This document shows, piece after piece, positions 40,649-52,403 of a DNA stretch of 64,000 nucleotides. The translations under genes and the position numbers were made by a program. The stretch comes from Gnetum montanum (lineage: Eukaryota; Plantae; Gnetophyta): positions 131,588-195,587 of the forward strand of contig MNCI01001142.1 of the NCBI GenBank assembly GCA_015680685.1. The letters are read 5' to 3'. Under the pieces are notes generated by a model. It had not been told where the DNA came from and ran no database searches. It was given only the letters and a program-made list of their open reading frames with translations. Position 1 is the stretch's first letter. Each line of letters begins with the position of its first letter.

Positions 40649-43600
40649 ATGAACACCGCAAGCTCCAATGCTGTAACCAAGCCAGTCGTAGACATCGTAG
40701 GCACCATGGTTGTTCAACAACCCGTGGTACAACCCACTGTGGGGCCCCATCGTTTAACATCATACCCCAGGACCAATACAATTTCATATGCATGAAAATA
40801 CAAGTAGGCCTAACCGTGGACCAAACTAAGATGGAAGCTAAAAGATAGTAAGAATCGTTTTACAGAAGAGGGCATGAGTTCATCCCTTCACCATACGATA
40901 TCATCCCTCTCCCTGAGCATTACTTTGAGCTTATCACTCAACTCTTACTACTAAAGAATCAGCCCCTAGACCACTCCATGGCAAATCCTCAATTGGAAGA
41001 GGAGGACGACTTTGCAGGTCAATCTGAGCACAAAGATTTGCACCACACCCTTAGTCCACAAAGTTATACAAACCCGTCGTTTCACCCATTCATGGGCGAA
41101 ACTATGTTCCTCTAGCCATTTAACATCACGCAAGTGCACAAGCCTCAACAAGATGCAGCCACTCTCATCCCCATTCCTCCAGCGATCGATGTTCAAGTCA
41201 ACACGCTTCCCCTCACAATTCCTCCTACGGCCACGGTACCCCCATTCTTACAAATGCAACCTCCTCAAAACAATGTAGGAGTAACCATCCCACCCTGTGT
41301 GATTGGAATGCTGCACGTAATACCGGCCTCTACATCTGCTCATTACATACCACGCGTCCCAGCCCAAGGAACATCCTTCACAACAGTAACCCAACAAGTT
41401 TATGGGATTCCCACACCAAATGTGACCGGGCAATGGACAGCGATTGGTACTCAATCACATCAACCCCATCATTATAACATACCACCTCACACAATCTTAC
41501 CAGCTAATATTCCTCAAGGATAACCACAAAAACAGCAACCCCCTGCCTAAAATATGTCACCCCTGATACCACCCGCTATAAATATTCTACAAGTACAACC
41601 TCCAACTACACAGCTTTCAGCCTTCCAACCCACTATTCAACAATCCAATTTGTATGTTGTACCACATCCCCAACCTGCCATCTCACCTAGCGCTCAAAAC
41701 TGGGCTGATGCTAAAAAACTAATGCAGGAACTAACTGATGAGGTCAAATGCCTCAAGACAGCCACTGACAGAGAGTTGAAGGTAGTGGACTTTTATCACG
41801 ATGACCCCATCAGCTCTTCTGTTTCGCCCCTAACCTTGCCCAAGGATGTATCTTTGTCGACGCTAACTAAGTATAATGGGGAGACGGACCCCAACGCTCA
41901 CCTCATAACGTTCAGACTAGCGTGCACGCTGCTTCAGGCATGGCCACATGCCATTCTACGAGTATTCCCCATGTCCCTCACTGGGAGAGCACTTGATTGG
42001 TATCGGGCCTTACCACATAACTCAATATCTTCTCTGGAAGATTTGATACACCAGTTCGTCACCCGGTGCAAGTACAACTTAAATCCTGAAGCAACATTAG
42101 ATAGTCTCATACAGGTGAAACAAGCACCCGTTGAACCTGTCCAGAAATTCATCAAGCGGTGGCGTGCTACTCTCAATGAACTTCACCAGCCGATCCTAGA
42201 AACGTATCTCCTCACAATTCTAAAATGGGCTGTCAATGACTTCGTCAAGTTCAAACTGTATTATCTTAATGCACGTAATTTGAGTCAAGCCTTTATACAA
42301 GTCAAGAACATAGAGGAGGCAGTGCAAAACAGTCATGATCCCGCATATTTAGCCTTTAAGAATCAACACAGTAAGAAAGATAAAGAAAAGGTTAAAACAA
42401 CTATAGCAGCATTAGCAGAAACACAACAAGCAAACGTGGGACCAAAAAGCAAACTGCATGTGGCCCCTACTAATTACACTAAACCCGCTCCCAAGACCGC
42501 ACCAGAATCATCCTCATCACAGAACCCAACGTTGAATCGTACGAGAAAATTCGAGAGGAAGGACCCCTCTCAATACACACCACTACCCATGAAACCATCG
42601 TAGTTGTTTGACCAACTCCTGAAGGCTAGATTAATGAAGCATAAACAGTTGTCCCTTGCAGCGATCCAGAGGCATGATCAGTTCTGTCAACTTGTTCAAA
42701 ACCCAAGCCTAGCAATGCCGGATGAACCCCCAGTACCAAAAGGCTTTAGAATGGATCGTTTCTACGACTATCACCAACGTAATGGGCATGGCATGGATTA
42801 CTGTTTCACCCTGAAACAAGACATCCAAAAAATGATCGACAGGGGTCAGATCACTTTTGATGAGGCCAACCCGGTCCAACCGCAAAACCAGGCCATGGGT
42901 ATGTATAAAGATCCGCTAAATACCAAAGAGGCACCGTACGTGATTAATACAATCTACCTTGATAACGAACCTAAAACACCTAGCATTAACACTTTCTATT
43001 CCGACCATGAGTAGCAAACACCTAATAAACCATTTGTAGTGCGTATTCCACCCATTGTACAAACACCCGTACCTCAACCTTCAAGCCCCCCACAGCAGCC
43101 TTATGTCGTCCGAGTACCCCCCGCCGTGGCAACTCCTGACACCTCGACCCGTGAAAAATCATACGTGGTGCGCGTACCTCCCATCGCTGCTATCACAAAC
43201 TCACCAACCCCTTCTATTCGGCCTACCCCTTACGTAGTCCGAGTACCACTTGCAGTCGCAACAGCGAAGGTACAACCTCCTACTAGGCCAACTCCATATG
43301 TTGTTAGGAAACCCGAACACCCTAGTGATCACCAATCCTCTACTTCCCAAACATAAAATAAACCAAGCCCCTATGTCATCAAGGTGCCTAGGCAGTCTGA
43401 CACTCAACCGCATGTGACTGTCCAACCACAACTCCGCCCGACTCCATAGGTAGTACAAGTCCCAAAGCAACCTGAGGCCCCAAAACCAATAGCACCCTCG
43501 CGTCACACACGAGAACGCCTAGCAGATAAGCTTACACGTGAATGCTTGGAAAAGGAGCATCAACGGCTAGCCTTAGGACCTCCTAAACCTACTCCATTAA

Positions 43601-44817
43601 ATGCGATACCCATGACACAACCTAACGATAAATCAAATATAGGCCACAAGGGTGAATCATCCAGAAAACATGATACGCCCGAATCAACAATTCTGAAACA
43701 AAATGACAAATTGACTATGCATGAGATAAAACTGTTGGGCCCAATGGACCAAGTCATTGCCGATAAACATGCACCCAACAGTAGAGATCTAGCGACGGCT
43801 CTAACACAGGTCACACAGGTGCTAAAACAAAAAAACACTTCATTGAGCTTATACGACCTAGTGTTAACATCACGAACCCATCGCGAAGCTTTAGTGCGCA
43901 TGTTAACATCTATCCCAGTGAACGAGGACTTGCCTCCAAATGAACCTTCAATTCATGCGGTAATGTACTCGCCTCAAGGGTCAACTTCCAAGCTACTAAG
44001 TTTCCACAACGACAACATTAAGTTGGATGAGAAAACAGGAGAGGTAACGACAGCCCCTATGTTTATAACAATATGAGTAAACCAATTCAAGATACATAGG
44101 GTCCATGTAGATGATGGAGTTGCCACAAACGTAGTGCCATATCCTATCGTTGAACAACTGGGGCTTATAGAGCTAATCAGACCAATCGCCACTACATGTT
44201 TGAAATCATTTAGTGGATCGCGCGTGATAGTCAAAAGCACCGTGACCTTAGACTTCATAGTAGGGGATCAGTTCCCCACATTCGCTGACTTTGTGGTAAT
44301 CGATGAAATGCCAGGGTTCAACCTAATATTGGGAAGGCCATGGCTAGCCCAACTGAAAGCAGTCTCTTCCCCTATACACCAAGAGATCCACTTGCCTTAC
44401 GAAGGTGGCGAAATCGTTATACACGGGGAGGCTACTACACCCATCATCTCATCGTACATAGACACAGACCAAGGCTCAGAGGTTAAGCTCAAAGAGCCTA
44501 GACAACACGACAAAAATGAACAACAACTAGTAGGCGATAATCCTTTAAACAAAAAAGAAAATCCACCTAAAACAGAAATACCCAGGCCGGACATTGTACA
44601 TGCATAACCTCATTTAGAAACCACAATTAACACAGAAACCACAATACATGCTGAAGTGCCAGAAAACACCAACACGGGAACTATTCCATCAGATGTCCCT
44701 TGGGCTAAATTACCATTTAACGTGATTAGCGAAGGGGACGCTGAATATAGAATCATATCCGCTAATGCATCTTCCAACATCAAAATGAGAAAAATCAAAA
44801 AATTACTAAAGCAATAA
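40649..44817 (+). pseudogene. gag-pro: gag-protease polyprotein (about 1390 codons; one early frameshift and several point-mutation stops)
   Basis: ORFs 41134, 41554, 42604, 43039, 43546 and 44134 share one frame. Capsid motif KYNGETDPNAHL...FPMSLTGRALDWY; Zn knuckle YHQRNGHGMDYC; protease RVHVDDG...FNLILGRPWL. Confidence 0.93.
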
Positions 44818-44851
44818 ACAACAACTTGTTCGAAACAATGTTAAATTACAA

Positions 44852-44995
44852 CAAGTCTGAAAAGACATTAAACTACATTCCAAGTCCGAAAGGACATTAA
44901 ACTACATTCCAAGTCCGAAAAGACATTAAAATACATTCCAAGTCTGAAAAGACATTAAACTACATCCTGAGTTCGGAATGATGTTAAACTATCAT
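44852..44995. repeat. 29-bp tandem repeat, 4-5 copies
   Basis: caagtccgaaaagacattaaactacattc at 44852, 44881, 44910 and 44939, plus a degenerate copy. Confidence 0.9.
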
Positions 44996-45510
44996 GTTCA
45001 CAATGACATAAAACTAGCCACGATCAGAAATGGTCAGTCAACCGAGAAATCCGCCCATGTCATTTTAAACGTCCCTTGCTTACGTTGGAGCCTGAAATGG
45101 CCTTAAACTATGCATATGGCCCGAAATGGCCTTAAATTAATGCGTATGTCACCCAAAATGGCCTTAAACTAGATCATCCACTTATACTTTATTTTTCCCC
45201 AAATTCCGGCTCACTGTTCAAATTTACGCTTGCATCGTGATGTTGTCCTTTTTCGCAATTATTGTTCAGTCCTACTTATAATTACATTTGTGCACTACAA
45301 TTAATCCACAAAAACAAACCAAAACATTTTACATTACTGTGTCATGTTTACAATTAAACTCAAAACCAACAAAAATTTTTTTGTACATATACATGTAATG
45401 ATGTACAATTAAAAGAGTCAACTGATTTTATTGATCCGTTCAATACAGCTCAAATCACTCAATTTACAATTCACGTATAAATCTGAGTCAGAACAATTTT
45501 GAAGCAAAGA

Positions 45511-48500
45511 TCAAACATCTAGGGCAGGAGGATCGTCCCCTTTAGACCCGCTGGCATCATGAGCCCCCAGTCCACTGGGGCCAGCTTCCTGAACATCATC
45601 ATCGGCTTGATCCTATAAAATGCAAAGGAAACAATTAACATAAGGATAAAAGAGAAAACCTTCAAACATTATTTAGTGAATGAATTGCATGATAACAAAA
45701 CTCTTACTGTAGGGGATCCCCCTAAACCAAATTCCAATCGACGAAGGATTTCCTCTTCTGAGACACTGGTCTAATCGGTCCCATCAAGGCCTAGGTCGAC
45801 ATCTGCCAAGGCCTTCCCCTTGTCAACAGTTGACCAGGTAGGATGCTTTAAAGGGAATTCACCCACAGACACCTCCCCAGAAGCAGTTGTAATTACCCTT
45901 GTAGGCGATTCCATTTCAACAGTTGTATTTTGAGCAAAGGTATCAAATGCAGAGCATAGACCCAGACCCTCCACAAACATCTCAAGCTGATGCTTTTCAA
46001 TAGATACCTCTTTCAATAATTTCTTATAATTATGCTTGTGGTTCTTTTCATCCTGACCCCATTTGCGTACCTTGGAAGCGAAAGCCTTCCAATCCTGTCA
46101 CTTGAGGTTCAATAGATCCACTTGGACCTTACGCTATGCTATTTTTTAGGTCAGTGACGCGTGGCGATTGAGTAGGTTCCAGTATTTAGTATACGTGACC
46201 TCAGAAGTTCACCAAGAGCGATCACCACTTAGTGTAGTAGAGGCAAACTCATACCAAGCCTTGAGATTGTCACGCTCAACCGAAAACTCAGAATATTCCT
46301 TCTCTTTTGCTTGGACTTGCAACCACAACTGTTCGATGGAACGCCTACAAGTCCAAAGCGATTTGGCGTTGTGTACAAGACCTTCCGCCACTTTGTCATA
46401 AACTGGACTTGGCACCTGCTTGACTTATGTGGATAGTGTGGGAAAACTCTCAATGTTAACTATCTTAGATGGATCCCACCTCAGTTTGGCACCTACGTAA
46501 ACGAAAAGAACGAACACTAAAATGACAAAAAAAGGGTGTGAAACTCTAAAGCTATAGAAAAACTCGAAACATTTATACCTATCTTAGGGTGGGCTTCCTG
46601 AATACGTTCAACACCTTCCTCAGCGATATCAACCAAAAAATCCATTTTACTTGGCATCTCTATCGAAGTAAATGATCCACGAGTACAAGACGGACTAACC
46701 TCCGTGGTCCTTTCAGGGGGGACCATTTTCATGGGCACGTCCAGCCACATCGTTCTGGTTTCACTACCTTCTTCTGGAAGCAATGAAAACATAAAAATAA
46801 AGCACCATAAAACAACAACTCACAAAGCGATGCAATAAAATAAAAGAAAACATACCGTGTTCCTTGTCCCCTTCTGGGTTTGAAGGGTCACCAAGGTCCA
46901 ACCTTCCCTCGAGGAAGCTACTGAACATTTCATCGACTTCACTCTGGTCATCAACTAGTTCAGTCTCCGTGGTGTCTTCCCGTAGCTCCTCTGTTTCTTC
47001 AGCCTGATCCTTGCTGGCCTCATTGGTCATTAACTCTGTTCTAGCTTCCTCCTCTTCAATGATTGTCTCTAATTCCTGCCTCCTCACTTCTCGAGTTAAG
47101 TTTGAAGGCATCAGTGGCATGTAAGCGGTCAAAATAAAAATTATGAATAAGACGAAAATGATAAAGCAATAAGAGTACTAAGTTTACTTACCTCTGACAG
47201 GAATCTTGAATCGTATGTGCTTCACCTATGGCTCGTCCACATTTGAGGCCTCCTTGGTTGAACGTTCACGCTTTGTCAGCTTTGACTTGGCCTTACCGAT
47301 GGTCTCTTTGATGACCCGTTCTGCTCTCTTGGTAGTATAAGGCACGTCGTCTGGTTCCAACCCCACACTGTCATGTGTGTGGATTGAGGTACCATATGAC
47401 CCCCCTATCGTGATAGATACAGATTCATCAATTTCCTCCGACGCATCTTGGGACTCAGCTGTTTCAAACAAATGGTTGATCCACGGGCGGGATAATTGGC
47501 CTCGATCCCATAGAACATACTTATTGTCGCCGCGAACCACTAGAAACTCTACCAAACAACGAAGATAACTAGCAAAAAATGCAAAGGTAAAGTGGGATTG
47601 TGCCTCGACATTTAAGCGCAATCGCACTACCTCCTTAAGAAGGCCCGACAAAAAAAATTGGGCCCAGTTATAACTTATCCCAGTTTCTAAGACAGTTTGC
47701 ATAATACGCACAGCTTCAACACCAAGACTCCGCACCTAGTAAAGGGATTTAGGGAATGACCGTGCCATAAACAGGGGATATAATTCATTAACTTCCTCAA
47801 CCTTTGACTTCCCCTGCATAGGGAATCCCTTAGCACCCTTGGTAACGCCCAACCAGTCGTCTAACTCATGTACCGTATGGAGCTCTTTATGAGTCCTGTC
47901 CAAAACCACATTCACACCATCCGCCGGTACACCAAATAGGTTCGAAAAGAATTCGGCTGACAAATGGAAGACTATCTTAACACCCTTAATCCGGGTGCTA
48001 TAGTAAGAGATGGATTTGTCAAATGAATCAATAATTTCGATCATTTCGGCTATCGACACATCAGGGCTCGGAGTTGTAAAGAGCTCCATAAGGCCAGCAT
48101 CATCTAAACAATGGACAATGGATGGCGGGGCATGCGTGCGCAACCATTTCTGAGCCTTACTGATCTCCCTGAACTTCATCAAGAGGGTACTCTTAGTTCA
48201 TCTTGTTATGATAAGGTCTCCGCTGGGAGGGACATCAATTGTAGATACAATTCGAAACCATCACATCAGCATAACCCCTGGTAGTTGAATAAACATGTTA
48301 ACACATCTAGAGAATATTGTCACTTACCTTCAGTGGTGGACTTAGAGGTGCTACCCAAGTCAGAGTCACGAGGAAAAATTGGTCCCTTAGGTGACCAATC
48401 TCCATGCAACCATCCACAAGCTGTGCATTGGGTGAATGCTCTAGCAAATCGTTTGTGAAAATGGACAATATCACCCTTGGTTTGAGCTAACACAGCTCCA

Positions 48501-48830
48501 CGAAGGGTGGGATCCACCATAAAGGTTTCTAGAGTGGTATGAGCTAGGGAAAGCCCATCATCATCAACGTATGTTCTGTCTTGGTTAACTTGGGGCCTGT
48601 AAAAGAACGGTTGTCAAAACAGAAGCAAATGCCAAACGACAAAAAACAGAAACGACAAGCTTAAACGATCTTACCTATCTACCCGGTACACTGTGCTAGC
48701 AGGGTTTTGGAACAGCGTGTGTGCACGCGCCACTAAAAATAGAGTATTGTTGAGATAATCATGCCCTCATGGCAATAGGACCCATACATGTGCTAACGGG
48801 CGAGTAGACCTGGGCCCGCCAGAGGGACCG
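45511..48830 (-). pseudogene. Antisense multi-exon accessory gene of element C (at least 7 exons, 5'-truncated)
   Basis: Predicted exons: about 48830-48675, 48596-48328, about 48238-47192, about 47101-46856, 46773-46579, 46492-45708, 45612-45511 (TGA). Introns are 78-95 nt GT..AG; two acceptors are decayed to AA. AATAAA at about 45430. Homologues at 52404-54450 and 61340-64000. Confidence 0.85.
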
Positions 48831-48885
48831 TCCTCGATCACAAGCGGCCCCTCATTGATATCCTCCATAAAAATCGCATAATACT

Positions 48886-49164
48886 ATGGAGGAGGAACGC
48901 ATGCGTGCACTCGATCAGATCGAATGGTACCAAAAATAACAACGGCAATGCCATTGACACGACATTCATAAGCGCCCCATCAAAGAAGGTGACCTGGTAC
49001 TTAAGGCCATTCGGGAACACCCGGACAAATTCTTAGCCAACTGGGAAGGGCCCTACTTGGTCACCAAAGCATACAACAATGGAGCATTCAAGTTAGCTGA
49101 TATGGAAGGGCATGAGCTTGCAAATCTGACCAATCACTTGTTCTTGAAACCGTTCCATATTTGA
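48886..49164 (+). pseudogene. Integrase C-terminal (GPY/F) remnant
   Basis: MEEERMRAL...KEGDLVLKAIREHPDKFLANWEGPYLVTKAYNNGAFKLADMEGHELANLTNHLFLKPFHI*, homologous to 23178-23417. Confidence 0.9.
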
Positions 49165-49184
49165 GTATAGGCTCAGGTACGTGC

Positions 49185-49555
49185 AAGTCCTGGTATCACG
49201 ACTATAAACTAATACCACAGCTCGTCATGGAATCACGACGTAAATTGATACCATAGAACAGTCCTAGAATCATGACTTAAAACTGATACAACAGCTTGTC
49301 CTGGCATCATGATGATAAAATGATACCACACAGTGTCTGCAATGACAATAAACTAGCACCTGTCCAGTATGACAGTAAACTACCGCAGTCCCACTCGCCA
49401 GAGTCCACTAAGACTATAAACTGGTTTGCCTCTTCATGGTCCGCCAAGACTAGAAATTGGCAATGTACCGTCCGCCACGACGCTAAACAGACAACGTCCA
49501 ATGGGTCATGACATAAAACTAACCCATGATAGTCTGCTAGGACTATAAACTGGCA
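49185..49555. repeat. 3'-UTR tandem array of about 33-36 bp units
   Basis: About 10 variants of gtcctggtatcacgactataaactgatacca. Tandem arrays downstream of pol are typical of Tat/Ogre elements. Confidence 0.75.
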
Positions 49556-50610
49556 AGTTCATCTCTGGTTCTTCAATCTATGGCTCCATTCAAGCTTCAT
49601 TAGAATCACTGCATCGCTCGCCATCGGCCGATCCAAACCACATTGCTACCAGCCATATACCATGCCTAAAATCCCATCTGGTGCCTTCGTTTCATCAGTA
49701 GCTATTTTAAGTCTAAGCTCGCTTATTCACTCATGGTTTTCTTATCTCCTTGGAGTTGTGGTTGTAGGATGACACTCGGAGGTGTTCATACAAGAATGCA
49801 CTTCATCATAAGCAGTAAGATGAGATGTTGTTTGCAGCGCATGTGACAAGACTAAATCAAACCATTCACTAGTACATCCCCCATTTCATATCCCGCCTAT
49901 CCCTCAACAACTTATACTTGGTTACATCCCGAACACATCCGGTACAGCCCAAAACATCAAACACACTGTTGCATATCGCACCATTTTTAAGCAGTCGCAA
50001 CACACAACATAGCACTTGAGCATGAGTACAAAATCAAAACAAAGCTCATAAAAAAAATGTCGTCCCTTCCCACATAAAACACAAGACGGGATGACAGTTT
50101 CCTCGAAAGCAAATGCTCAAGTCTAAAACAATTAAGAAACACCCCCTTCATGGCTTTGGCTCTCCGACAACAGGTTCCCCCTCAAATACTAAACAAGGGC
50201 CTTGTTCCTCCAAAGAATGCAACACATCATCACGTAGCTTTGGTTTTGCCAACAAGTCCTCTCAGACACTAACTAAGAGGCTTGTTCTGCCAAAGAACAT
50301 ACATCTAATGTCTTGATTTCGAGTCTACTAAACAATGGCTATTGACAAGGATCAGCATGACCCGTATACATGCCAACACATCCCCTTCATTATGCACAAC
50401 CTTGATTCCTCCCGAATCCCCCACAGTTTCCCTTTCCCTATAAAATACAAATTCCATTTCCCACAATCCCATGTACTACTGAACACAGTGTGATGATGTC
50501 TAGTCAGGTGGCCAAGGACAAAGCCTCTATCGAGTTACTTATGGTGTTTTGCACTTCTTTGTCGACGCTTCTCGGGTCGATTCCTCCAAGCGTCAACAAA
50601 GAGGGGCCAA

Positions 50611-51968
50611 TGAAACAGTACAAAATTCTGAGCTTAGTACATTTCCAATAAGAATCGAGCTTAAGGATGCACCGATAGCTTCAAGTAGAGTCGAACTCGA
50701 CGAGGAGCAGTTCCTTGGGACCCGCCGATGACCGCGACAACATCTGCTATCAGAAATGGCAACTTCAGAGTGCAACATACTTAGTTTTCACTAAGTATGC
50801 GTCTCTAGCGTATACGCCCAAGTTCACATTCTCAGTGTATACGCTCAAGTCCAACATCCATGGCATATACGCCCAACATTCACAGCATATACAACCTAGC
50901 GTATACGCCCAACATTCACAGCGTATATGCCCATCGTTCATAGCATATACGCCCAGTGTATATGCCTGACATGCGACCCCCAAAGATGGCAAAGAAACAA
51001 CGTTTCAGAGCAAGATTTGGTACAAGACATCGATTCACACGAACAGAGCAATCATCAAATGTTGACATCAGGCATCCTGGAATCTATACGCTGAGCATGT
51101 ATAGCGTATATGCCTAGCGTATACGCCCAGGAGACATAGTGTATACGCCCAGCATCCATAGCATGTACGCCTAGCGTATACGCTCAAGATGGAAGATACG
51201 GCGTATACGCCCAACATCCATAGCATGTACGCCCAACGTATACACTCAATATGGTAGATACAACGTATACGCCTAGCATATGCAGCACATTGTACACTTG
51301 TAACATTTCATTCTTTTGCACCTCGTCAATGCGCCACGTGTCACCCAACTCGAGTCTAACGTCTAAACCTGTATAAAAACCCCAATTTTTCATTAGAACG
51401 GGGTGGGCAATTTTGAGCAAACGAGAGAGAAAAACAGAGATGCTAAGAACCAGAGCAGAGAACCTTGTACGCTGGACCTCAACCCTATACGCTGAGCATA
51501 CAACCTCTACGCTGTGCCTGTAGTTTGAACCAGCATACTATCATCCCTGCATCCACCAGGGCTATTTGTCCGTCTTGTGTGAAAGCCACAACTGCGTTAG
51601 ACCGGTGCATTGTAATTCTCACTTTGCAATAATATTGTTGCATTTTCTTCCTAAAATCTGTTATAGTTTTTCATTAATCATTGCATGTTTCTTGTTTATG
51701 CCCTTGTACGTTTACGCTCTGTTTACACCAGTTACGCTGTTTACGTTTCGTTTTACATCTGTTATGCCGTTCACATATAACTTAGCGTATAGCACCTCGG
51801 TGTACATTTGGGGAAATCCTTGCCTGATTCGCGTGCGGACCACTCAAGGTACTCTACCTTCGTCATTCCAGCTTGCCCTCAAGTAAAGGTAGGGTCTTCT
51901 GTGCATGTCCGGAGATCTTCTAGTTTCTGTTTCCTTCTAGCCAGAGACCGACGATTTCGGGCGGTACA
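50611..51968 (+). repeat. 3' LTR of element C (1358 bp)
   Basis: TG...CA termini, preceded by PPT AAAGAGGGGCCAA and followed by TSD TTTAC. Confidence 0.95.
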
Positions 51969-52403
51969 TTTACATGTTGGATTTTTAGTTCTAAATAGTC
52001 ATTTTAAATATTTGGAAAATTTTATCTAGCCCTCTTAGAGTTTTTACTATGGTTAATTTTAACATTAACTAGGATTTCTAGTAAAATTTTGCCAAATTCT
52101 GATTGGTATTTTAACTATAGTAGTAGGTACAGGCTACTTTTCATATTTGTGATCTTTCTACATAAACATTTCAATAATATTTTACATATATCTTACGATG
52201 AAAACTGCCATTAGTTGTTGATAGACCACTTGGTTATTCCTAGTTTTGGTTTTGAGTCTAAGTGTTGGAACTATAGTTTTGGTTGGTATGGATTCACATG
52301 AAACCATTGATGTTAAAGTTGTTGTAATTTTTGGCTATTTAAAACTTGGTTATATTTGGTTATGATTGTTTATGGTTTCAATTATTATTGTTGTTGTGTG
52401 TAG

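Larger units (their letters stand above)
38570..51968 (+). mobile_element. Young Tat-lineage (Ogre/Retand-like) Ty3/gypsy element C, 13.4 kb, non-autonomous
   Basis: LTRs 38570-40020 and 50611-51968. TSD TTTAC at 38565-38569 and 51969-51973. PBS at 40026-40042, PPT at 50598-50610. Contains gag-PR, an antisense gene and an INT tail. Confidence 0.95.

Noticed and set aside
45511-48830. Functional host gene
   Set aside because: It lies between paired LTRs, has premature stops and a 5' truncation, and has several TE-associated paralogues in the same window.
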